Source of the DNA: a virus
Lineage: Duplodnaviria > Caudoviricetes
Reading direction: 5' to 3' (one strand)
Length of the DNA: 64,000 nucleotides
IMG/VR virus record: IMGVR_UViG_3300037067_007633
Span: 96,178 to 160,177 of that record
Shown in pieces: positions 49,928-58,525 of this stretch. Each line of letters opens with the position of its first letter. Position 1 is the stretch's first letter. The notes under the pieces were generated by a model. That model did not search any database. It had not been told where the DNA came from and worked only from the letters and a program-made list of their open reading frames with translations. Both the position numbers and the translations under genes were made by a program.

Positions 49928-50522
49928 ATTTTCTTATTTTCCTTAGTCCATTATTAATATGTTGCCCAACGGCTTGTCTAGTAATATTTAGACTTCTTGC
50001 TATTTTCGCTTTATTAAATCTATCTACATAATACATTAATAAACATTCTTTTTGTCTAGCATTTATACCATTAACATTAATAATCTTATTAACTATTTTT
50101 TCTGAACTTTCTTCATCAAAATCTGATGGGTTAATAGCTTTTTTATCAACAATTAAAGAATAAAATACCGATCCATCTTCTTTTATAGAATTTAGTGAAA
50201 GGTTTTTTGATATTTTGTTATGTAAATATATCCATCTTTTTACTGCAAATTTTGCTCTTGAAGCTAAATAGCCGTATAAATTACCGTATCCATTAAATTT
50301 TGCAGTTGCTAATATTAATTCTTCTGCTACATATGATATTGCGTCTTCGTCTTTTAACATTATATATGACATTTGCTTTCCAGCAAAAGCATTAATACAT
50401 TTTTTTGATATTTTCAAATATTCTGACAATTCTAAGTATTCAACACTTTCTAATTTATTATTAAATGGGGAAATATGTGTTTTTTTAGTTTTGCAGGTGT
50501 GTGTCAAAGTTATTAATACCAT
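49917..50522 (-). CDS. Second sigma-70-family sigma factor
   Basis: ATAKF..GNLYGY, SLN, RQKECLLMYY..KAKIARSLNITRQAVGQH. Confidence 0.72.
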   Translation of the reverse strand: MVLITLTHTCKTKKTHISPFNNKLESVEYLELSEYLKISKKCINAFAGKQMSYIMLKDEDAISYVAEELILATAKFNGYGNLYGYLASRAKFAVKRWIYLHNKISKNLSLNSIKEDGSVFYSLIVDKKAINPSDFDEESSEKIVNKIINVNGINARQKECLLMYYVDRFNKAKIARSLNITRQAVGQHINNGLRKIRKYEI

Positions 50523-51481
50523 TATAGTTTTGATTTCTCCTTATTGAAACAATTACGCCAATAAGACAATTTAGTTTTTTCACAATGTTCAATAGTAGAT
50601 AAATTTTCAGCCATAATCCTAAAACTTTCATAATTATGAAATTTTAGATTGTGTGCATATAACAATGGAAAATCATTGAATTGACCCATAATACAACCAT
50701 ATTCAACAATTGGAATAGCCCCACAATATATACTTTCCATGGTCCTATAACAATCTACTCCATTTCCATTAGGGCATAACACATATTTGTAAGTACACAA
50801 ATCTTCTATATACTCATCAAAAGGAATATTTTCTTTAATAACTACCCAATCAAAATTTTGTTGTTTATACCATTCTCGTAATTGCACTCTTTCAAAAGTG
50901 CTATCTCCAAAGTTAATATACAGTTTTTCAATTCTGTTATTATTTCTATATTTAGTAGATAGCTCAAAAAAATGGTCTACATCTTCCGGTTTACTACCCC
51001 CAATTCCAAAAGGAATACTCTCAACTTTCCTATTATCGTAAATTCCGTTATTAACTACAAACCAATGAATAACATTATCGGGAATTTTATTAAACGTGGC
51101 TTTTGTCCAACTATGCATCTTAATAGAGTATTTATCGTTGATATTACATTTCTCTAAATCGCATCGTGGGGCAATGTTGAGTCCATGGTATTTAATTCCT
51201 GGATCATTAACTAACATATTAGTTATTTTTAACAAATCTAATGATGGCGGATAATCTTTTTGATAGAATAATCCAAAATCACTACGAGGAGAAACTATAA
51301 CATATTTCTCTGTTTTTCCATCTATTAATTTAAAAAAATCAACAATCTCATCTAAAGCAACACAAACAATTCCTTCTGGAGGAACTATTTTTTGAGAAGT
51401 AAATCCTGCTCCATATATGTAATCACACAACCAACGATATGATTCACATAAAATTATATCTTCTTTATTAATGTGTGGCAA
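50522..51481 (-). CDS. Exostosin-like (GT47-related) glycosyltransferase
   Basis: KYVLCPNGNGVDCYRTMESIYCGAIPIV. Confidence 0.75.
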   Translation of the reverse strand: MPHINKEDIILCESYRWLCDYIYGAGFTSQKIVPPEGIVCVALDEIVDFFKLIDGKTEKYVIVSPRSDFGLFYQKDYPPSLDLLKITNMLVNDPGIKYHGLNIAPRCDLEKCNINDKYSIKMHSWTKATFNKIPDNVIHWFVVNNGIYDNRKVESIPFGIGGSKPEDVDHFFELSTKYRNNNRIEKLYINFGDSTFERVQLREWYKQQNFDWVVIKENIPFDEYIEDLCTYKYVLCPNGNGVDCYRTMESIYCGAIPIVEYGCIMGQFNDFPLLYAHNLKFHNYESFRIMAENLSTIEHCEKTKLSYWRNCFNKEKSKL

Positions 51482-51890
51482 CTTTTATTTCCTCTAAAAG
51501 CTTCATTTCTTTTGCGACTATTACTGTTTCTGCATCTTGTTTGTTTTGACATAATGTGGGATCTTGTGCTCCAACAACAACTATCTTTCTATATTTCACC
51601 TTAAATATACAATAGCTATCTATATAAGATTTTGAATAAATACCTAATTGTTTAATAGCTGATTCCAATCTATGGTAAATATGAAAACCAGGCTGATATC
51701 TTATTTTCATATCTAGTGGTTTCCAAATTACTACTTCATTACTGTCGGTAATCCATCGTTTGATAGGATAATGTTCACCACTCATTGGATTTTCATATAA
51801 ACATCCGTGTATTTTCTTGTTTCGTTTTCTAAAAACCTTATATCCTATTTGATCTTGTAAGTCGTTTACAAAAATTATATCCAAACACAT
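51468..51890 (-). CDS. Hypothetical phage protein
   Basis: GYKVFR...Y.PGFH pattern. Confidence 0.55.
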   Translation of the reverse strand: MCLDIIFVNDLQDQIGYKVFRKRNKKIHGCLYENPMSGEHYPIKRWITDSNEVVIWKPLDMKIRYQPGFHIYHRLESAIKQLGIYSKSYIDSYCIFKVKYRKIVVVGAQDPTLCQNKQDAETVIVAKEMKLLEEIKVATH

Positions 51891-51892
51891 AT

Positions 51893-52267
51893 TTATAACT
51901 CCAATATTTTAATTGATTTAACAATAACACCTTTAGTATAACTAAGTCGTTGTACTTCTTTAAAATTTAAATCATTAAGATGTTTTTTTACTTCACATAT
52001 TTCGTCAGAACCATTTATATAGCAATAATCACTATTCATACTAATACTTCCCATGAAAGCTCTGTGTGGAATTTGGGCACAATTAATAATATCTTTAAAT
52101 TGTACTAATATATATTTATCTTTACTAGAGTCTAAAATATAACTTTTATCCACCACAACAAAAAACCCATCTTCTTTATCAATCCAAAAATTCTTTTGAT
52201 CTGATGTATAATATATACTTTTTTTAAGTAGCCATCCAACATTTAAAATTTCATGTTCAGTATTCAT
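51893..52267 (-). CDS. Hypothetical protein
   Basis: ORF packed in operon. Confidence 0.5.
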   Translation of the reverse strand: MNTEHEILNVGWLLKKSIYYTSDQKNFWIDKEDGFFVVVDKSYILDSSKDKYILVQFKDIINCAQIPHRAFMGSISMNSDYCYINGSDEICEVKKHLNDLNFKEVQRLSYTKGVIVKSIKILEL

Positions 52268-52295
52268 ACTTTATTCAATCCTCCTTTGTAAAAAA

Positions 52296-52547
52296 TTACT
52301 TTCCAAACCTAAAATCAAAATCAAATCTAAAACCCTTTTTTGGTTCTTCTCGTTTACGGTTGTAATCAAAACGAAAATCATAGTGCCTATACGGCATATA
52401 ATAAGGATAAGGGTAATAGTGATATGGAGGTAAATAGCGATGGTTATAATGGTGACCTCTATCACGATTGTAATCTTTATCTGCTAAACAAACAGTGGCA
52501 AAACCGAATAACATTACTAACGATACTAAAAATAACTTAATTTTCAT
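52296..52547 (-). CDS. Secreted Tyr/Pro/His/Arg-rich small protein
   Basis: Start at ATG 52547 (ATGA overlap); signal peptide ending VCLA; YYPYPYY and FRFDFDFRF. Confidence 0.6.
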   Translation of the reverse strand: MKIKLFLVSLVMLFGFATVCLADKDYNRDRGHHYNHRYLPPYHYYPYPYYMPYRHYDFRFDYNRKREEPKKGFRFDFDFRFGK

Positions 52548-53641
52548 ACTTTTATTCCTTCTATTAAACACTTGACTGAATTTGACCACGAAAACTTTTG
52601 TGCCGTTTTAATACCTTCTACATTTTGTTGTAACCTCCCGCTCTTATGAAGGTCATATACTTTACGAAAATAAGACACACAATATTCAAACTCTGTTTCT
52701 CCTATTGATGTCCACTCTCCATGACCATTAAACCATATACCATCATAAGCTGTTTCCAATTCATTAATATAAATTAAATAGGAGTTTTTAGAATTACAAT
52801 ATTCAGTATGTGCAGAGTAAAGAGTAGTAATAACCGGTTTACCACAAGCCATCATTTCTAATAATTCTAAATTCCAACCCTCAGCCCGACTAGGAAACAC
52901 TCCGCAAGTTGCATTGTTCATTATAGAAGCAACTTCAGAATGTGTTTGTACTCTTTTTAATATTTCTATTTTTCCAGCTTGACCCAAAGGACTATTTAGA
53001 TATTTTCCTTCCCAATATGATGAATCTGATTTGCTTAGAAAAGGATTATCACACATCATTTGTAACTTAACATTATCATGAACAGTAAATGCACTATTAA
53101 ACGCATCTATTAAAATATCATGACCTTTTCTTATTTCCCATTTTCCAATGTTTAAAAAAATTGTTGGGTTGTTTTTTGGAATATCTTGACTATTTTCATA
53201 AGTGGGTTTAAATATATCTGTGTCAACACCTAACGGAACAACAATAATATTAGATGGATTATAAGCTATTTCGTTTATTAATATATGTTTTGCCCAGCTA
53301 CTACAAACAAACAATTTATCTTGCGATAGTAAATGATGTTTTTCTCTTTTGGTAAACTTGTTAAGTTCAAAGATAGGAAATCCACAGTGTAATCCTTTAC
53401 CAACGTGTTCCGCTAAAGAATGTTGATGCCAAATTAATACAGAAGGTGCCTCATAGTCAAAATCGTCTTGGTTTTTGATAGCTTGTTGAACAAAAGAAAC
53501 CTCTTCTTGACTTTCTAGTTGTGGTTGACCTATGGGGAAATATGCTACTTTGTGTTGTTGTTTTAATAATTCTTTTAGAATGTTTTTACAACTAATTCCA
53601 TAACCAAGCGAATTAAAACTAGATCTAAGATTTAAATTCAT
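52544..53641 (-). CDS. Family 4 glycosyltransferase
   Basis: GKWEIRKG, FPSRAEGWNLELLEMMACGKPVITT. Confidence 0.92.
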   Translation of the reverse strand: MNLNLRSSFNSLGYGISCKNILKELLKQQHKVAYFPIGQPQLESQEEVSFVQQAIKNQDDFDYEAPSVLIWHQHSLAEHVGKGLHCGFPIFELNKFTKREKHHLLSQDKLFVCSSWAKHILINEIAYNPSNIIVVPLGVDTDIFKPTYENSQDIPKNNPTIFLNIGKWEIRKGHDILIDAFNSAFTVHDNVKLQMMCDNPFLSKSDSSYWEGKYLNSPLGQAGKIEILKRVQTHSEVASIMNNATCGVFPSRAEGWNLELLEMMACGKPVITTLYSAHTEYCNSKNSYLIYINELETAYDGIWFNGHGEWTSIGETEFEYCVSYFRKVYDLHKSGRLQQNVEGIKTAQKFSWSNSVKCLIEGIKV

Positions 53642-53855
53642 TTTTTTTACTTTAACGCATCATATTTAAGTAGTTAAAAATTAATACATATATTGTAGAT
53701 AGTGATGATATAATATAAGTTAATAATATACAGTTAAACACAGATATTTTGTTTTCTTCTGTTTTATTTTGTATAATTGTTAATATTACACCAGATAATA
53801 ATGCTAAAATTAATAATACAAATATATTCATTTACCAATTTCCTCCATATTAATC

Positions 53856-54620
53856 TTAAATATTTCCTATAATTACTTTTGATGAATCTGTACATACCAT
53901 TCCCATTTTCCCAGACGTATATAAAGTATATATAGAAACTGGTAATTCGTTCTTTTTAATACAACGGGCAAAATATGGTTTAATTTTAAACTCATAACCA
54001 ATTGGGTTATATGCAGCAAAATTAGTTGGATTACTTGCATTAACTCCAATAATTTTATCTTCATCACACACATTATTTTCAACTATTTTAACGTGTCTAT
54101 AAAAATGAGTAACTAATAAACTTTTTCGTTTATTTAATTTTTGGGTATTAATAGGATTTACAAGAATATGTGTTATACAATTAAGATCAAAGACAAAACC
54201 AGCTTCTTGATAATTATATGTTGTTTTTGATAAATCAAATTCTGCAACATCTTTTAATAAATTATATGCATCTTGATCTAATTGATTTAATATTTGTTGT
54301 TTTGATACTTGATATGCTCTGTTTATAATAGAAATTCGTCTATCATCCACAAATCTAGCTAAAAAATCAACATAATCAGAATATTTACATACAGGAATCA
54401 TAAAATCATTTTGTGTATTAAAAGTCTTTAAATTTTTATATTGATATGTAGTAAATATTCCTCCTAGAATATTATTAGTTTTAATTTCTATTTCTGGTAA
54501 TTCTAATATAGGTAATTTCTTATTATTATTTGCAGTTTGTTTTCCAAAACATATAGATGGTATACATCCTATTAATGATGACGACCCAAACAATTTAATA
54601 AAATTCCTTCTATTTATCAT
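53856..54620 (-). CDS. Tat-signal protein with possible capsid-protein-derived domain
   Basis: MINRRNFIK twin-arginine leader; body resembles HK97-fold MCP segments (from memory). Confidence 0.5.
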   Translation of the reverse strand: MINRRNFIKLFGSSSLIGCIPSICFGKQTANNNKKLPILELPEIEIKTNNILGGIFTTYQYKNLKTFNTQNDFMIPVCKYSDYVDFLARFVDDRRISIINRAYQVSKQQILNQLDQDAYNLLKDVAEFDLSKTTYNYQEAGFVFDLNCITHILVNPINTQKLNKRKSLLVTHFYRHVKIVENNVCDEDKIIGVNASNPTNFAAYNPIGYEFKIKPYFARCIKKNELPVSIYTLYTSGKMGMVCTDSSKVIIGNI

Positions 54621-54624
54621 AACG

Positions 54625-55080
54625 CTAACCCTTAAGGTATTTTCGTAAAATAAAATCTAATACTATTGGGGCAATAATTCCCACAACGAGATTACGAATA
54701 CTTCCAGAAAATGGCTTTAACCATAATGGTAAAGTCATCATACTATCATACAATTTTGAGAAAGAATCAATAATAGAATCTTTAATCGACTTTTGTTCTA
54801 ATACAATAGGATCTGTAGAGCTTTCATTATATTCCGCTACATTTTCTTGAGTGAAAAGTTTTTTATTATTTTCAATTACTATGGCGATAAAATCGTCAAG
54901 AGATTCCAACAAATATCTAATTATGTTTGCAAATTCTTCTTTACGTTTTGGATCATTGATCCAAGTATTCCACCATGTTTTTACATTGTCAACAAAAGAC
55001 ACTGGTTGTAAAACTGTTTGGTGTGGGTTTTCCCAATTTAGAATTAAATAATTAGTGTGTTGTCTTAAAAGTTCGTTCAT
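54625..55080 (-). CDS. Hypothetical protein
   Basis: ORF packed in operon. Confidence 0.55.
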   Translation of the reverse strand: MNELLRQHTNYLILNWENPHQTVLQPVSFVDNVKTWWNTWINDPKRKEEFANIIRYLLESLDDFIAIVIENNKKLFTQENVAEYNESSTDPIVLEQKSIKDSIIDSFSKLYDSMMTLPLWLKPFSGSIRNLVVGIIAPIVLDFILRKYLKG

Positions 55081-55335
55081 ATTATTCTTCCTTTATTAAT
55101 TTATATTTAATCTTATCAATTATTGTATACATTGTACTATCTACTTTATCAATCATTACAGGTTGAGGTAAAATAATTTCGATATTTGCTATAGCAGAAC
55201 TATCTACACTTTCAAAAATATTTATTGACCTAATGTGTGTTAAAAAATATTCACCATCTTTTAATACATAGTCTTGATTAGTTATGGTAACCTTACCATC
55301 TTTATTAACAATTACTTTAGTATATTTATGTTCAT

Positions 55336-55680
55336 TTAACATGGTTGTGGAAAAACAATTGATGGAGGAGGGGGTGGTGATAAAGTTGGAGAGTGAGTAT
55401 ATGGATCTTTCCAAGGACTTACTTTAAAAATTCCTTCTATCTTATCTTCTGAAACACTTACCTTTTGACCATTTGATAACAATACTTCATATACCCAAAT
55501 TCTAGAAATATAACTATCACTAACACAATGATAATCGTTTTTTATTATAATTCCTGGTTCGCCATAGCCGGGATTAATAATTACAGAATCTCCAAGTGAA
55601 TATTTTGGAGGTGTTTGTATAACAGCATTAGAACATCCACATAATAGAATTAAAACGGTTAATAATAACAACTTTTTCAT
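55336..55680 (-). CDS. Putative lipoprotein
   Basis: Lipobox LCGC; Pro-rich tail. Confidence 0.6.
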   Translation of the reverse strand: MKKLLLLTVLILLCGCSNAVIQTPPKYSLGDSVIINPGYGEPGIIIKNDYHCVSDSYISRIWVYEVLLSNGQKVSVSEDKIEGIFKVSPWKDPYTHSPTLSPPPPPSIVFPQPC

Positions 55681-56063
55681 AATAAATTTCCTTTCTTTAA
55701 TCCAAATAAATATCTTCCTAGTAATTTTCTTTTTTGTCTATTGGATAATCTATCAAATACACCATTCATTAAAGATAACATAATGACATTATTAATATCA
55801 CATAATTTCCACTTACGTCTATCATTTAAGCTTTGTTTTTCTTCAAAATGATGACCTCCTCCTGGCTCTATAATACACAATATTTTATTATTACGTCTTA
55901 CTACTAAGTCAGCACTACCATATTGCCAAATATGGCGAAGTCCATTATTTCCTGGTTCACTAAATAAATTTTTAAGTGGAACTTCTAATTCAGTTTGGAA
56001 AAAATCCCATTGTGAATGAATATAATTTTCCAGCTTTAATACTTCGTCTGTAATTAATTGCAT
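55677..56063 (-). CDS. Vsr/DUF559-like PD-(D/E)xK nuclease-fold protein (128 aa)
   Basis: TELEVP...SADLVV...IIEPGGGHH...NDRRK..LC; the ORF-track extension to 56162 is only the repeat array. Confidence 0.6.
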   Translation of the reverse strand: MQLITDEVLKLENYIHSQWDFFQTELEVPLKNLFSEPGNNGLRHIWQYGSADLVVRRNNKILCIIEPGGGHHFEEKQSLNDRRKWKLCDINNVIMLSLMNGVFDRLSNRQKRKLLGRYLFGLKKGNLL

Positions 56064-56095
56064 TTTAAAAAATATAACAAAAGTTTTAAGTTTTT

Positions 56096-56170
56096 GTACC
56101 AAACAGTACATAGCCATACAGTACAGAACCGAACAGAACCGGATATTACAGCACAGTACCAAACCACATA
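56096..56170 (-). repeat. Array of 15 in-phase pentamers (conserved KGY/TAT + variable NN); putative guide ncRNA
   Basis: TATGT GGTTT GGTAC TGTGC TGTAA TATCC GGTTC TGTTC GGTTC TGTAC TGTAT GGCTA TGTAC TGTTT GGTAC. Confidence 0.85.
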
Positions 56171-56695
56171 TTAAACAATTTCTTCAAATTCTTCTACTTT
56201 AAATCTACCAAATTTTGGACGATAATCACCAATCGCCTTAATTTGCCCGGCTTCATCTAAAATAGACCTTAAAGTTGCGGCAGTAACACGATTTTCATCA
56301 TAAGTAATATTAAAAGATAATTCCCAGTCATTATAACGTGGGCGACTCTTAATAATACCTTGTCGTTGAATACGAGCAAAACGAGAATCAATTTCATCAT
56401 AAATTCGTTTATTTAGTGGAACTTTATCTGGCTCTACAAAAACCGAACTAAGAATAATTGGTTTATAATTGCCTTTTCCTTTTTTGAAATTTTTAGCCGC
56501 CTCTCTCATTGATGCTTCTAATTGTGTCGATGGAACATAACAACCAATAGTTTCATCAAAATAATTAACTGTATTTGCTTCGGTTGTTGAATCGTACTCT
56601 TTATCCTTCTTTTTTGCTTCATCGTCATTTCTTTTATTAAAACGATTTAAAAGCAGAGGTGCAGTTCCCTTAATCCTTACCTTAATCTGTTTCAT
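56171..56695 (-). CDS. Minimal RAMP/Cas7-like RNA-binding protein
   Basis: IKVRIKGTAPLLL, YVPSTQLEASMREAA, RPRYNDWELSF, Gly-rich C-terminal loop AIGDYRPKFGRF. Confidence 0.7.
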   Translation of the reverse strand: MKQIKVRIKGTAPLLLNRFNKRNDDEAKKKDKEYDSTTEANTVNYFDETIGCYVPSTQLEASMREAAKNFKKGKGNYKPIILSSVFVEPDKVPLNKRIYDEIDSRFARIQRQGIIKSRPRYNDWELSFNITYDENRVTAATLRSILDEAGQIKAIGDYRPKFGRFKVEEFEEIV

Positions 56696-56718
56696 TCTAA
56701 AAACCCTTTATTAAAAAA

Positions 56719-57114
56719 TTAAATAGGAATATCATTATCATCTGAACTATTGATTGGTGGCGATGAATTATCACTAGCTGTAGAATCTTCACTCTTTTTT
56801 CCATTACCAATAAATTGAATTTTGTCTACGTTAACCTTTAACTTAACGTGTTTCACATTATCCTTTTCCCAGGTGTCCATTTTTAATCTTCCTTCTACTA
56901 AAATAGGACTACCTTTAGAACAATATTTTGATAAATTTTCGGCGGTTTTACCCCAAGCTGTACAATCAACAAAACAAACCTCATTAGAATCTTTACCAAT
57001 ATAAGTGTTTAACCCTAAACTAAAATCACAAACCCCCATTCCACTCGGAATATATCGTAATTCTGGGTCTCGTGTTAAATTTCCAATTAAAATTACCTTG
57101 TTATAACTAGCCAT
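56719..57114 (-). CDS. ssb: Single-stranded DNA-binding protein
   Basis: NKVILIGNLTRDPELRY, VEGRL, acidic tail DDNDIPI. Confidence 0.95.
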   Translation of the reverse strand: MASYNKVILIGNLTRDPELRYIPSGMGVCDFSLGLNTYIGKDSNEVCFVDCTAWGKTAENLSKYCSKGSPILVEGRLKMDTWEKDNVKHVKLKVNVDKIQFIGNGKKSEDSTASDNSSPPINSSDDNDIPI

Positions 57115-57128
57115 TATTTTTTCTCCTA

Positions 57129-57443
57129 TTAAATACCATTAATCTTGTTAAATACAGCTAAACACTTCTTACAAACATCTGTTTGTGTTTGTAAATATTC
57201 ATTATCAATATCTACATTTTCAATATCATTAATAGCAGAATATCCACATAATGTTTTACCAAAATATGCAGAATTTTCATTTACAACAGTCAAGTGAAAA
57301 CTGTTGCTTTTTTTACCGTTGGCACAAAATCTATAATCTTGATATACTTTTAATTTCTTTTGTTTTGGTCCTAGCGGAGAAACCCTTTCTAACCCAAAAA
57401 TTGTTTCAGTTAACCAAGCGAACACATTAAAAATCATAATCAT
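57129..57443 (-). CDS. Hypothetical protein
   Basis: H...LCG...CKKC. Confidence 0.5.
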   Translation of the reverse strand: MIMIFNVFAWLTETIFGLERVSPLGPKQKKLKVYQDYRFCANGKKSNSFHLTVVNENSAYFGKTLCGYSAINDIENVDIDNEYLQTQTDVCKKCLAVFNKINGI

Positions 57444-57456
57444 TTAAAAATCTCCT

Positions 57457-57930
57457 TTAATAAGTGTTTTTAGATAAAACGTATTCAATTCCTATATCTT
57501 CATTAGACCACCACATTAATTGTATTTTCGTTAATGTTTTATATTTATACCCTGTTTTTGTTGTTCTGCGAATATAAAACTTACGTATATTGTGTGGAAT
57601 CATATTTTTATTACAATAATTTTTAAAATTCCATTCTTTCCTAGAATACAAACAATCTGAATCAATTTTTAAAATATAAATATGTTTTTGACCACGACCG
57701 TAAAAACTATATTGTTTTCTTTCTTTTGATCGTTTTTTCCAATTGTTTTGAACATTGTGTTGTTTTTCATTTGTCCATGAATCTAAAGACTTTTTATTTC
57801 TTCTTGCTCTGCCAAACTTTTCTCTTCCGTGTTCATCCTTAATTTCCTGATTAGCTGCAATTTCTTGTCGTGTTCTTATTGCTCTATAACCACAACTTAT
57901 TGATCTATTTTTCTTTTTGTGTTTTTTCAT
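57457..57930 (-). CDS. Basic hypothetical protein
   Basis: Lys/Arg-rich ORF. Confidence 0.5.
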   Translation of the reverse strand: MKKHKKKNRSISCGYRAIRTRQEIAANQEIKDEHGREKFGRARRNKKSLDSWTNEKQHNVQNNWKKRSKERKQYSFYGRGQKHIYILKIDSDCLYSRKEWNFKNYCNKNMIPHNIRKFYIRRTTKTGYKYKTLTKIQLMWWSNEDIGIEYVLSKNTY

Positions 57931-58525
57931 AGTTGAATTTATTAATTGGGGGCTTAATAGAAATTGTATGAAGTTGGATGCTATTTAATATTATTTTGTT
58001 GTAAAAATTAAAAAATAGTTTATTAAACTCTTCGTAAGTTAAACCGTTTTCATAATGTTCAAATTTTGGTATAGCTGAAACAAAAACTCCACCGGGTTTT
58101 AATACTTGATATACTTCCTCTATATATTTTTGTTGTTGTTCTTTAGTACAATGAATAAATACTTGTTCTGTTAATACTATATCAACACTTTCTTTTTCTA
58201 TTATACTTAAATTATCTGAACAAACAAACTCTGTATTAGATAAATCTTTGTTATATTCTATTGCTTTTTCTACCATTGTATAAGCAAAATCTACACCAAT
58301 ATATTTTTTAACTTTTGGGGCAACAAATTTTGCTATACGCCCAATTCCACATCCAAGATCTAATAAAACCGCATTCTGTGTATTATCTAAATTACTAAAA
58401 ATACTATCAAATTCATTTTCAAATCGTTCTTTGGTTATACCTGCATAAATAGCTTGATAAACTTTGTCTGTTAATGCTATATCTTCCCAATATTTTTTAT
58501 GAACAACAAATTGATATTTAAGCAT
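57905..58525 (-). CDS. Class I SAM methyltransferase
   Basis: LLDLGCGIGR, GVDF, VFIH, VLKPGG. Confidence 0.9.
   Translation of the reverse strand: MLKYQFVVHKKYWEDIALTDKVYQAIYAGITKERFENEFDSIFSNLDNTQNAVLLDLGCGIGRIAKFVAPKVKKYIGVDFAYTMVEKAIEYNKDLSNTEFVCSDNLSIIEKESVDIVLTEQVFIHCTKEQQQKYIEEVYQVLKPGGVFVSAIPKFEHYENGLTYEEFNKLFFNFYNKIILNSIQLHTISIKPPINKFNYEKTQKEK

Noticed and set aside
56064-56162. Cys-rich N-terminal extension of ORF 55677-56162
   Set aside because: It is a translation of the pentamer array; 5-nt periodicity is not codon-driven, and ATG 56063 is the better start
56096-56170. CRISPR array or simple microsatellite
   Set aside because: No 25-45 nt repeats with spacers; units vary at two fixed positions rather than showing slippage-type identity
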